A stretch of DNA of 64,000 bases, from NCBI GenBank assembly GCA_002373935.1, contig DFKW01000012.1:4814-68813 (forward strand), given 5' to 3'. The notes below the pieces were generated by a model. That model saw only the letters and a program-made list of their open reading frames with translations. It had not been told where the DNA came from and did no database searches. Position 1 is the first letter of the stretch. Each line of letters begins with the position of its first letter. Origin of the DNA: Alphaproteobacteria bacterium UBA3635 (lineage in GTDB: Bacteria; Pseudomonadota; Alphaproteobacteria; Rs-D84). Shown here piece by piece: positions 9,490 through 18,345 of the stretch. Both the position numbers and the translations under genes were made by a program.

Positions 9490-9517
9490 TTGAAACAACA
9501 CAAAAATATGATAAAAT
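9490..9517 (+). promoter_or_regulatory. Candidate sigma70-type promoter for the 9545 gene
   Basis: ttgaaa, 16-nt spacer, taaaat. It lies about 27 nt upstream of the ATG. Confidence 0.25.
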
Positions 9518-9544
9518 ATACCCAAAAGCCCCAGGGAGAGATTT

Positions 9545-10504
9545 ATGAGAAAATTATTATTTATTATTCCAATTATATTCGGCACATTTTGTATCAACCA
9601 ATCATTTGCCGACGAGGTTGGCGACGCATTATTGGGTGCCGACACCGGTGGTGATTCTTGCACAAGAACGGAAAATATGGAAATATGCTATTATCAAAAG
9701 CCCGGCGGAACATCAGGCAATTCAACCGCATGCAACGACAAATCCGACGGCGACAATTGCACCAGCACAGGAACCCAAACCGCCAAATGTCAATATAATG
9801 GTGGCGACACATTACGATGCACTGCAAAAACATGCAAAGACGGATACCATTTATGGGTCACATCGGCACGTTCAAAAAAACCTGTAAAATCTTATGAAGA
9901 TTACCAATCAAACGGTGTTTGTGTTCCCGACAATTGGTGCGAAATCCAGGGATGCCCCGATTGCAAATTACATATATTCCAGTCGCATAAAAAATCCGCC
10001 ACCGATAAGGTTTGTTATAAAATAACCGCAACAAATACACAATCGGACAAAGAAACAAACCAATCAACCTTATCGGATACACCCGGTGATGAATCCGCAC
10101 AACAACAGATAACTACCCCAACAATTTCAACTGATGGTACTGAACCCGACAACAAAAAAACCGATACCAATCAATCGAACACGGGTGGCATAACCGCCGA
10201 GGGCTACTGCACAAAAAAAAGCGGCTGTGCCACAACAACCATATTTGACCAGATTGACGATAAAATAAAATACCTGAACGACACAAAACTATCCGTGTGG
10301 CGCGATGCCGACGGCAATTTCAACACGGCACGCCTGGCATCTGATTCAATCGCGGGCGTGGTATTGGGCACCGCCGGTGGCGTCATCACCAGTAAAATTG
10401 TTAAAAAGAATCAAATTAAAAATGGATTTGAAGACCTGAAATGTACCATCGGTGGCCAGGTTGTCGCAACATACGGCGACGAATTCACCGTCGGTGTAAA
10501 ATAA
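9545..10504 (+). CDS. Cys-rich secreted/surface protein with a C-terminal glycine-zipper-like hydrophobic segment
   Basis: 319 aa with a signal peptide (IIFGTFCINQSFA/DE), many paired Cys in the N-terminal half, a Thr/Gln-rich linker and IAGVVLGTAGGVITSKIV near the C-terminus. Confidence 0.55.
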   Translation: MRKLLFIIPIIFGTFCINQSFADEVGDALLGADTGGDSCTRTENMEICYYQKPGGTSGNSTACNDKSDGDNCTSTGTQTAKCQYNGGDTLRCTAKTCKDGYHLWVTSARSKKPVKSYEDYQSNGVCVPDNWCEIQGCPDCKLHIFQSHKKSATDKVCYKITATNTQSDKETNQSTLSDTPGDESAQQQITTPTISTDGTEPDNKKTDTNQSNTGGITAEGYCTKKSGCATTTIFDQIDDKIKYLNDTKLSVWRDADGNFNTARLASDSIAGVVLGTAGGVITSKIVKKNQIKNGFEDLKCTIGGQVVATYGDEFTVGVK

Positions 10505-10510
10505 ATACTG

Positions 10511-10583
10511 CCACAACTGAACTTTGCACTTCCGTTACCGCGGCGCGGTACCGCGACGGGCTGAAAACTGAACACTGTTAAAA
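10511..10583. repeat. Heptad-repeat composite element, copy E1
   Basis: ccacaactgaactttgcact, then a GC-rich palindrome (taccgcg g cgcggta), then ctgaaaactgaacactgt. The left 20-mer matches 23943-23962 at 19 of 20 nt. Confidence 0.55.
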
Positions 10584-10604
10584 ATGGGCCGTTGGCCCAT
10601 TTTT
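10580..10604. terminator. Bidirectional terminator between convergent genes
   Basis: atgggcc gtt ggcccat flanked by an A-run and a T-run. It touches the stop codon of the hlyIII-family gene. Confidence 0.6.
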
Positions 10605-11376
10605 AACATATCGGTTTTGGAAAATCGATAATACTGCCATATAACACCGCAAAGAAAAAACACACCGTTCCACCAATCACAAACAAATGCCACAACGCGT
10701 GCGAAAACCGCATTTTCCGCCACAGGTAAAATATCACACCAATCGAATACGACAAACCACCCGCCAAAATAAACCACATACCACGCGCAGATATCGTTTC
10801 AATCATGGCCGGCAAAATCCAAATCAACGCCCATCCCATAATTAAATACAACGCAACCATCCATTTTGGTTGTCTTTTTGGACTTTTAATTTTCATAATC
10901 GCACCGAAAATAACAATCGCCCATAACACACCAAACATGGACCATCCCAACCCCATGTGATGACACCGATTTAAATTCACCAATAAAAACGGAGTATATG
11001 TTCCGGCAATCAATGCATAAATTGCGATACTGTCCCAAACCTCGAAAAAACACTCGCTGCGTTCACCAATCATCGCGTGGCACATCGTTGAACCAAAATA
11101 CAATGTGAACATCGTCAACCCAAAAATTGAACACGACACAATTGCCCACACATTATGATACAGAACCGCATACGCCACCAACATTGCCAATCCCGCAATC
11201 GCCAATCCAATACCAATTCCATGTGTCAAAATATTAAAAAATTCTTCCGTGTGTGTCGATGGGCGCTCCCACCGGAACAAACCCGTAGATTGCAAGAAAC
11301 GCAGCATCCGCGACGCTTCCTGGTTTTTTTTGACGGCCTTTAATTTTGTTCTGACCTCGTGTCTTGATTTTTTCAT
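10603..11376 (-). CDS. Hemolysin III / PAQR-family membrane protein
   Basis: 7-TM protein with the family motifs NILTHGIG, IAGTYTPF and HALWHLFVIGG. Confidence 0.8.
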   Translation of the reverse strand: MKKSRHEVRTKLKAVKKNQEASRMLRFLQSTGLFRWERPSTHTEEFFNILTHGIGIGLAIAGLAMLVAYAVLYHNVWAIVSCSIFGLTMFTLYFGSTMCHAMIGERSECFFEVWDSIAIYALIAGTYTPFLLVNLNRCHHMGLGWSMFGVLWAIVIFGAIMKIKSPKRQPKWMVALYLIMGWALIWILPAMIETISARGMWFILAGGLSYSIGVIFYLWRKMRFSHALWHLFVIGGTVCFFFAVLYGSIIDFPKPIC

Positions 11377-11377
11377 A

Positions 11378-12955
11378 TTATTTTAATGCCCCCTGCACTC
11401 TTGATAAAACTCTTTTCTCTCCCATAACCTGCATAATTGAATATAAATCTGGCGTATTTGTGCGACCGGTTATTGCCACACGCAAATTCATTGCCACATC
11501 ACCATTTTTAACACCCGCCGTATTTGCAATCGCAACAATCTTATTCCACCAAGTATCTTTATCATCATTGATATTAAATGTTGATAAAAACTCATTTAAC
11601 AAATCGCGATTAAATTCAAAGTCACGGTTTGGTGTAAAAAATTCATCCCAAAAATATGCGACCTCGGAAAGTGTCTGACGCCATGTAATAAAATCTTTGC
11701 GTATGCGTTTTGGATTATCGCGCTCAATCGATAAAACACGTGTCAAATAATCAACATCTTTGACTTGCGCTATATGCATGGATTCTCCGTATTTTTGCGC
11801 CCAGGCAACAACATTATTTACCAAATCCGAAACAGACATCGTTGCGATATTTTCCTTGGCCCACCACTCTAATTTTTTCATATCGAACAACGCACCCGAC
11901 ATTGGAATTTTCTTTGGGCGAAATTCATATTCCCATATATTTTTCACCGCACCCTTTAATTTTGCCTCTTCATATCCAGACGCAATAATATTAAACAAAT
12001 ATTCCAACACCGCCGCAACCGGCCATCCGGACGCCAACAAATTTGCAACATTTGCCTCGGGGTCATGCCGCTTGGATAATTTGCGTTGTTTGCCGGTATC
12101 CGCATCAATCGTATCCAATGTTGATGTATGAATATATTGTGGCGGCGTCCACCCCATCATGCGAAACAACTGATAATGCAACGGCAATGACGACAACCAC
12201 TCGGCCCCGCGAACAACATGCGTCGTTCGCATAAAATGATCATCGCACAGGTGTGCAAAATGATATGTCGGTAACCCATCATTTGATTTAATCAAAACCA
12301 AATCTTCATTATTTTCCGGAAAAGAAATTGACCCACGCACCGCATCCTTGCAAAAAATGCGTTGATTGGGATTGCCGGTTGAATACAAACGAATCGATGG
12401 AATCTCGCCTTTATCCAAATGCGCAATAATTTCATCATCGGTCAAATCCCTGTCGCGTGCAAATTCGCCATATATACCGGTTGGGAAACCCGCCGCCGAT
12501 TGTTTTGCGCGAATTTCTTCCATATCAGCGGCCGTTAAAAAACAAGGATACGCCAATCCCCGCGCCAATAAATCCGCCGCCACCGAATGATAAATATCGC
12601 GGCGTTGCGATTGATAATACGGCCCATATTTTTCATCATTGTTATATTGCAAACCAAATTGCGCCAAAGAATCAACGATAATTCGAACCGCATCTTTAAC
12701 CTCGCGCTTGGTATCTGTATCTTCGATACGCAACATAAAAACACCATGCGATTGTTGTGCCAATTTAGAATTGATTAAAACCTGGTACAAACCACCAATA
12801 TGCATAAACCCGGTTGGGCTGGGTGCGAATCGGGTGACAAATGCCCCATCCGGCAAATCGCGTGGCGGAAATTTTTCCTCTAATTCCGATAAAGTATATT
12901 TGGGTTTTCCACCCAAAACGCGTTCAATTAAATCAGGTTTCAATCCGTTTCGCAT
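11378..12955 (-). CDS. gltX: Glutamate--tRNA ligase
   Basis: RFAPSPTGFMHIGG (HIGH motif), KLSKR (KMSKS motif), class I GluRS architecture. Confidence 0.9.
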   Translation of the reverse strand: MRNGLKPDLIERVLGGKPKYTLSELEEKFPPRDLPDGAFVTRFAPSPTGFMHIGGLYQVLINSKLAQQSHGVFMLRIEDTDTKREVKDAVRIIVDSLAQFGLQYNNDEKYGPYYQSQRRDIYHSVAADLLARGLAYPCFLTAADMEEIRAKQSAAGFPTGIYGEFARDRDLTDDEIIAHLDKGEIPSIRLYSTGNPNQRIFCKDAVRGSISFPENNEDLVLIKSNDGLPTYHFAHLCDDHFMRTTHVVRGAEWLSSLPLHYQLFRMMGWTPPQYIHTSTLDTIDADTGKQRKLSKRHDPEANVANLLASGWPVAAVLEYLFNIIASGYEEAKLKGAVKNIWEYEFRPKKIPMSGALFDMKKLEWWAKENIATMSVSDLVNNVVAWAQKYGESMHIAQVKDVDYLTRVLSIERDNPKRIRKDFITWRQTLSEVAYFWDEFFTPNRDFEFNRDLLNEFLSTFNINDDKDTWWNKIVAIANTAGVKNGDVAMNLRVAITGRTNTPDLYSIMQVMGEKRVLSRVQGALK

Positions 12956-13001
12956 TTTCGTTTTCCTTGTGTTTATAACAAACCGATTCTATACTAATTA
13001 T

Positions 13002-13640
13002 ATGGAAAAACAAGAAATAAGAACATTTGGTCGCCGACATGGCAAAAAATTATCGCCACGAAAATTATCGTTATTGGCGAATATTTTGCCGGCCATTTTG
13101 CCAAAAAACATCGAAAATGCCGGGAATTTAATTTTGGAAATTGGATTTGGCAATGGCGAACACGTGCGCGATTTGGCGATTCGAAATCCTGAATCTATTA
13201 TTATTGGTGCCGAACCGTTTATGAACGGTGTTGCGGCATTATTATCGGCAATAACAACCGAATCGGACAACCAAATTATGGATGAATATAAACGCATCCG
13301 CATTTGGCCGGACGATGTGCGAAAAATATTACACGATACAAATTTGCGCTTTAACGAAATTTGGGTTTTGCACCCTGACCCCTGGCCCAAGGCCAAACAT
13401 GAAAAACGCCGTTTATTAAACGCGGATTTCTTGAATTTATTGGGAACAAAACTGGCACCACACGGACAAATCATCATCGGCACCGACCATTGGGAATATT
13501 TCGATTGGATATCACAACAGGTTAAAAAAACCGCGCTATGTGCATCGTTTCCGCCAAAATCTAAAATTCATACACGATATGCGGAAAAAAATATGGCGGG
13601 AACAACCGAACCAAAATATATGATTTTAACAAATCAGTAA
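13002..13640 (+). CDS. trmB: tRNA (guanine-N7)-methyltransferase
   Basis: Start MEKQEIRTFGRRHGKKL. It has EIGFGNGEH (SAM motif) and HPDPWPKAKHEKRR. The upstream part of the track ORF is antisense to gltX. Confidence 0.85.
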   Translation: MEKQEIRTFGRRHGKKLSPRKLSLLANILPAILPKNIENAGNLILEIGFGNGEHVRDLAIRNPESIIIGAEPFMNGVAALLSAITTESDNQIMDEYKRIRIWPDDVRKILHDTNLRFNEIWVLHPDPWPKAKHEKRRLLNADFLNLLGTKLAPHGQIIIGTDHWEYFDWISQQVKKTALCASFPPKSKIHTRYAEKNMAGTTEPKYMILTNQ

Positions 13641-14308
13641 TTCACCCAAAAATATAATTTATCTAATAAATCGGGTCGCATTTTTGCAACCAAACGATAC
13701 ACTTGTTCGGCGCGCGAAAAACTGACCCCTAACATAATATGCAATTCCATATCTGGCGACGCATCCCACGCATCCAACGCGGCATAAACCCGCCCCATAA
13801 AATCAGATTTATCCCCCGTGTCCGTTGTCAACACCAACAACAGCGATGTCGCACGCAATTTTTTCAAATTTACAAAAACATTTTCCCAATCCAACGGCCA
13901 AATTTCAAACACATCCAACCCCACAGACAATTGTTTGTTAAAAAACAAATCGTCCCGCACCGGCAACATTAAATCGGCGAATCGATCCAAATCAGTTAGT
14001 TTAACAATCACATGTGCGCCATCTGCGCCCTGTTTAAAAGATGATTTTATATCAACAGACATCGCCGCAACCGCATCCGCCCCGGACGACATCAAATAAA
14101 ATCGTGGTATAATTTTTATATTAAACTTTTCCACCCACGGCCACAAAACCGACACATCACGTGACACAACCGACAACGCCGGCACATGCACATCAACGGC
14201 ATTTTCCGCCGCACCCGCCAATTCGGCCGCATCGACATTATCACCCAGCCACCAAGACACTTTATCGGCGACATCTTTATTTTCAAAAATATCTGTTATG
14301 TTTATCAT
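13634..14308 (-). CDS. Hypothetical cytoplasmic protein, no recognisable domain
   Basis: 224-aa ORF with no TM helix or signal peptide. It is divergent from the 14351 operon with a 42-bp gap. Confidence 0.5.
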   Translation of the reverse strand: MINITDIFENKDVADKVSWWLGDNVDAAELAGAAENAVDVHVPALSVVSRDVSVLWPWVEKFNIKIIPRFYLMSSGADAVAAMSVDIKSSFKQGADGAHVIVKLTDLDRFADLMLPVRDDLFFNKQLSVGLDVFEIWPLDWENVFVNLKKLRATSLLLVLTTDTGDKSDFMGRVYAALDAWDASPDMELHIMLGVSFSRAEQVYRLVAKMRPDLLDKLYFWVNY

Positions 14309-14350
14309 TGTCCTTTTTACTTTATCACAAATATGATATAATTAAAACAA

Positions 14351-15238
14351 ATGAAATTACACGAACGCATAAATTATATTTTACTGGGAACACTATGGTG
14401 CATGGCCATGGTGCTGGGGTTGGATTTTTGGTTAAACACGGTATATAATTTTAATATGTTTTCATCCGCCCATTGGGCATACATCGCCACCGCCCAGGCC
14501 GCCGGCCAACAAATCGCCACCGGATTTTACATTGCGATTACATTTGCAATCGTATTGGGTATATTCGGGCTATATATGTTATTCCGTCCGCGTTTCCGGA
14601 AAATAATATTACCAAAACCGGAACCTGCGCCATTGCCAGCCCATGATATTAACCCATCTACGGATAACATTGTCACACCAACAGAACAGGCGCCCGTTGA
14701 AAAAATGCCGACTATCGAACGACCGCCACACCTGCATATACAAATGAAAAATTCACCACGCGTGATGCCACAACAAACAAACACAACACAAAACACTTTA
14801 CCACAAAAAACCGAACCACAAAAACCGCGCTATATGCATGAAATCCGGGAAATTTTTGAAAAAAATAATTATATTGTTTTAGGTCCAAAAAAAATATCCA
14901 ACACCGACATTTCATTGATTGCATTGGGGGCGGACGAAACATTATGGTTGGGTGCATGTGACATATCACACGAACAAATGGCGGATGTAATTTTGGCTTT
15001 TCAATCTGTATTCAGTGAAACATTACAAGACATTGAAATCGACATAAACGCATTTATAATAAACCCAACGGATAATGATACGGTGGAATCTATTTTGGAT
15101 TTTGCATCATTGGATGAATTATCAAATACAATAAATGACAATCCAAACAGCGAACCCGACAATGACGAAGATTCCGATAATATGGACGCATTTCGCGGGT
15201 ATATTGAAACGGTAATAACATACCTGGGGAACAAATAA
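14351..15238 (+). CDS. Membrane protein: two TM helices, a Pro/Thr/Gln linker and a C-terminal globular domain with an acidic tail
   Basis: 295 aa. The C-terminal domain NNYIVLGPKKISNTDISLIALGADETLWLGACD loosely resembles a YraN / PD-(D/E)xK-like core without the E-x-K motif. This is weak pattern recognition. Confidence 0.55.
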   Translation: MKLHERINYILLGTLWCMAMVLGLDFWLNTVYNFNMFSSAHWAYIATAQAAGQQIATGFYIAITFAIVLGIFGLYMLFRPRFRKIILPKPEPAPLPAHDINPSTDNIVTPTEQAPVEKMPTIERPPHLHIQMKNSPRVMPQQTNTTQNTLPQKTEPQKPRYMHEIREIFEKNNYIVLGPKKISNTDISLIALGADETLWLGACDISHEQMADVILAFQSVFSETLQDIEIDINAFIINPTDNDTVESILDFASLDELSNTINDNPNSEPDNDEDSDNMDAFRGYIETVITYLGNK

Positions 15239-15744
15239 TGAAAATATCTGAAACGGCGGCAATTGCAAGAATATCAGAACTGGGGATGGATGACATGCCA
15301 CTGGTTGAATACACGCCGCGCGCAACACAATTACCACCCGATTGGTTTCATAAATATCACGAATTGGCACATCAATTTATGGAAACATTGACTGATTGTG
15401 CAAGTGAATTGGCATTTATGAATTTATCACAAAACGAATTTATGGCATTGGTTACGGGACGCGCATTACCACGCAACACATCAATCCGGTGGCGCATACC
15501 AATCACAATCGGCGGTAAATTATCCATCGACAATATGTTTTTATGCCGAACATTTCCACACTCGCACAGATTGGACAGATTTTTAATCGAACAATCTGGC
15601 AATGAAACAATATGGTTGCCGAACCCGGCACACGCCATATACATCACAACACACACCGCGAGTGGCGGTGCGGGCGGCAACGCAACATCGGACCGATTGG
15701 CCCAAATGGCCTCACAAATAGCCAACGACAATTCTTTGGGGTAA
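15238..15744 (+). CDS. Hypothetical protein with a degenerate HNH (beta-beta-alpha-metal)-like motif
   Basis: 168 aa. IRWRIPITIGGKLSIDNMFLCRTFPHSH fits the spacing of HH-x(13-15)-N-x(8)-H, but the leading His pair reads W-R. The start overlaps the previous stop (TAATG). Confidence 0.5.
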   Translation: MKISETAAIARISELGMDDMPLVEYTPRATQLPPDWFHKYHELAHQFMETLTDCASELAFMNLSQNEFMALVTGRALPRNTSIRWRIPITIGGKLSIDNMFLCRTFPHSHRLDRFLIEQSGNETIWLPNPAHAIYITTHTASGGAGGNATSDRLAQMASQIANDNSLG

Positions 15745-15750
15745 CATAAC

Positions 15751-16185
15751 ATGAATATGGACGAATTTTTATCCAACATAAAAACCAAAGGCGCACTTAT
15801 ATGGGGTCCATCAAACGCCCGCGCCATTGAATTTGCAAATTCAAATCTGCAGCAAAGAAAATGCGCAATGTTACCCAATCAAATCATCAGTTTATATATG
15901 AAAACCGCCGGAATAAATATGGGAACCGGTTATATGTTTGGGCCATCAGAATTACAAAATGGCGCAAATTTTCCAATACCATCAATCGTAGAAATCAACG
16001 AAGAATTGCGCAACATCCCGGCATTAAAAAACAAAACTTTATTTGCACGAAATGATTTGTTTTGGTTTGCATTTGATGCATTCGGCACATATTACATGTT
16101 AAACAATTTGAACGGCAACATTTTGCGCCAATATGATGATGTATACCGTGCATTATATGATTGTATGATGGGGGGAAAATTATAA
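15751..16185 (+). CDS. SUKH/SMI1-KNR4-like (immunity-protein-like) protein
   Basis: 144 aa. The pattern AIEFANSNL...LPNQIISLYMKTAGINMGTGYMFGP...FWFAFDAFGTYYML matches the general SMI1_KNR4 layout. Called by eye only. Confidence 0.5.
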   Translation: MNMDEFLSNIKTKGALIWGPSNARAIEFANSNLQQRKCAMLPNQIISLYMKTAGINMGTGYMFGPSELQNGANFPIPSIVEINEELRNIPALKNKTLFARNDLFWFAFDAFGTYYMLNNLNGNILRQYDDVYRALYDCMMGGKL

Positions 16186-16389
16186 ATGAAAAAACTATCT
16201 GTATCATTGTCGGGACATCAAACCAGTGTATCATTAGAACCCGAATTTATCGCGGAATTGATGCACCTAGCACGAATTCAAAATAAATCTATTGCATCGA
16301 TAATATCCGAACTGGACCAAACGCGTGCACCCAACACAAACCTGTCATCGGCAATCCGCGTTTGGATATTAAAAAACGTTCACAAATAA
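16186..16389 (+). CDS. Ribbon-helix-helix DNA-binding protein (RHH_4 / COG4321-like)
   Basis: 67 aa. SVSLSGHQTSVSLEPEFIAEL...NLSSAIRVWIL resembles the alphaproteobacterial RHH_4 family. The start immediately follows the previous stop. Confidence 0.7.
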   Translation: MKKLSVSLSGHQTSVSLEPEFIAELMHLARIQNKSIASIISELDQTRAPNTNLSSAIRVWILKNVHK

Positions 16390-16392
16390 ATT

Positions 16393-18327
16393 TTACTTAT
16401 CTTTATCGGCCCTATATGCAATAAATCCGGCAAAAAACGCAACCAAGAATATTATAAACATCCACGCATCACGTCCCAACATACGATACAATGTCATATG
16501 CGAACCATGTACAACACCATCCAACACACCGATTTCACCGACCGGTAATTGTGATATAATCGAACCATCGGCACCGACAAAAGCACTGACCCCGGAATAA
16601 TTTGCGCGAATAACCGGCACACCCGATTCAATGGCCGCCCGACGCACCATATCCAGGTGTTGATACGTTCCCGGTGTCTTTCCAAACCAAGTATCATTTG
16701 TAATATTTATTATTGCATCAACACCCGATTGTTTAACCACCGCATCAGAAAAAATAATTTCATAACACACCGCCGGAGCAAATGCAAAATTTCGTCCCGA
16801 TTTACCATCCACAGACATAACCTTTGCACCATCACCCGCAGTTAAATTCGCCGGTGCCGGCACAAATTTAATTGGCCCATATTCACCAAACGGCACCAAA
16901 TGCGATTTATGATACACATCCAACATTGCACCATCCGCACCAGCCACAACCAAAGAATTATACACGCGCCCGTCATCAAATACCGTTGCGCCAACCGCCA
17001 CCGGCTTTTGCAACGCACTTGCAATCGGCATAACATCGTCACGCAACAACACGAACGGATACGATGTTTCCGGATACACAACAAAATCAACACTTGATAC
17101 ATCACCCGCCAATTTTATTAAATCAGAAACTCTATTTTTTGCCTGATTCAATGCATCCACACGCGACAGAGAAATCTTTTTTTGTTGTGTTGTCGCGGGC
17201 TGAACAATTCGCACCACAATCGAATCATCACCCAAACCCGACAATTTAATATTATTATGCGCACCGATAATTCCACCAGCCAACAACAACACAAAAAACA
17301 CAATCACCCATCGCAACACGCGATTTCGCCGTTCAGATAAAAATTGCGCAATACTGGCAGTCAAACCAATAATAACAAAAGTCAACCCCAACGCCCCAAA
17401 CACCGACATAGAATTAGCAACAATCGGATACGGCAACATAATATTCGCAATTGGATTCCATGGAAAACCGGTCAACAACCACTCGCGCAACCACAAAACA
17501 GATGTCCACGCACCGGCAAACAAAATCGGTTTTGCCCCAGATTTTATGTATATACACGACGTCAATACAAACGGAATTGTAAATATAACCGCGCCAACAA
17601 TACCGATACCTATTAAACCCGGCACCGTCCATATTGCAAACTGACGAGCCAATTCCGGTACAACATAAATCGAATGCAGAGTCCACCAAAACATCGATAT
17701 CGCATACATTGCACCAAACGGCACCGCACGCCACCACGCACGCCAAAAACCAATCCGCCCCACCCCGGAACACAACAGCCAATACGCAACACCGATTGAT
17801 AATACCGTCAACCACCACAAATTAAATGGTGCAAACCCAAATGCCGCAATTATACCCAATACCGTCAAAGCCACATATTTCCACCATGGAAACACAACCT
17901 CGTCTGCATAGGGATTTTTTATCCCCAGTTTTTTCAAAACCTTTATTTCTTTACCTTCCATCACGCGCGCCTGGGCATCGGTCAAATGATCATATCCCAA
18001 TAAATGAAACATACCATGCACAACCATATGCGTCGTATGCGCCTCCACAGAAATATTTGCATCTGCCGCCTGGGCCATAACAGTATCTAGTGATATATAA
18101 ATATCACCCAGTAAAATATCATCCCCCAATTCAAACGATAAAACATTGGTTGGTTTATCAATATTGCGATACATTTTATTCAGCGCATGAATTTCGTCGT
18201 CATTGGTCAAAGTAATTGAAACCTCGGCATCGCTGTATTTTTTACCAACGACCATATTCGCGATTTTTTCAAAATCGATATTATATTTTTTCCACCGTTT
18301 ATCGTTATAATTCACACAGACCTTCAT
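16393..18327 (-). CDS. Fusion of endoribonuclease YbeY (N-terminal, about 143 aa) and apolipoprotein N-acyltransferase Lnt (C-terminal, about 500 aa)
   Basis: The YbeY metal motif HGMFHLLGYDH is followed by ...KLGIKNPYADE. This runs with no stop or Met into VVFPWWKYVALTVLGIIAAFGFAPF..., a multi-TM Lnt N-domain, then a CN-hydrolase domain with the catalytic Cys in VCYEIIF. Confidence 0.8.
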   Translation of the reverse strand: MKVCVNYNDKRWKKYNIDFEKIANMVVGKKYSDAEVSITLTNDDEIHALNKMYRNIDKPTNVLSFELGDDILLGDIYISLDTVMAQAADANISVEAHTTHMVVHGMFHLLGYDHLTDAQARVMEGKEIKVLKKLGIKNPYADEVVFPWWKYVALTVLGIIAAFGFAPFNLWWLTVLSIGVAYWLLCSGVGRIGFWRAWWRAVPFGAMYAISMFWWTLHSIYVVPELARQFAIWTVPGLIGIGIVGAVIFTIPFVLTSCIYIKSGAKPILFAGAWTSVLWLREWLLTGFPWNPIANIMLPYPIVANSMSVFGALGLTFVIIGLTASIAQFLSERRNRVLRWVIVFFVLLLAGGIIGAHNNIKLSGLGDDSIVVRIVQPATTQQKKISLSRVDALNQAKNRVSDLIKLAGDVSSVDFVVYPETSYPFVLLRDDVMPIASALQKPVAVGATVFDDGRVYNSLVVAGADGAMLDVYHKSHLVPFGEYGPIKFVPAPANLTAGDGAKVMSVDGKSGRNFAFAPAVCYEIIFSDAVVKQSGVDAIINITNDTWFGKTPGTYQHLDMVRRAAIESGVPVIRANYSGVSAFVGADGSIISQLPVGEIGVLDGVVHGSHMTLYRMLGRDAWMFIIFLVAFFAGFIAYRADKDK

Positions 18328-18345
18328 TTTTCATAACCCCAAATT

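Noticed and set aside
9373-9663. 96-aa minus-strand ORF in the thrS / 9545 divergent region
   Set aside because: It is antisense to the signal-peptide region of the 9545 gene, contains a poly-Thr stretch and has no RBS.
12639-13001. Upstream extension of the trmB track ORF
   Set aside because: It is antisense to gltX. TrmB homology starts at MEKQEIRTFGRRHG (13002).
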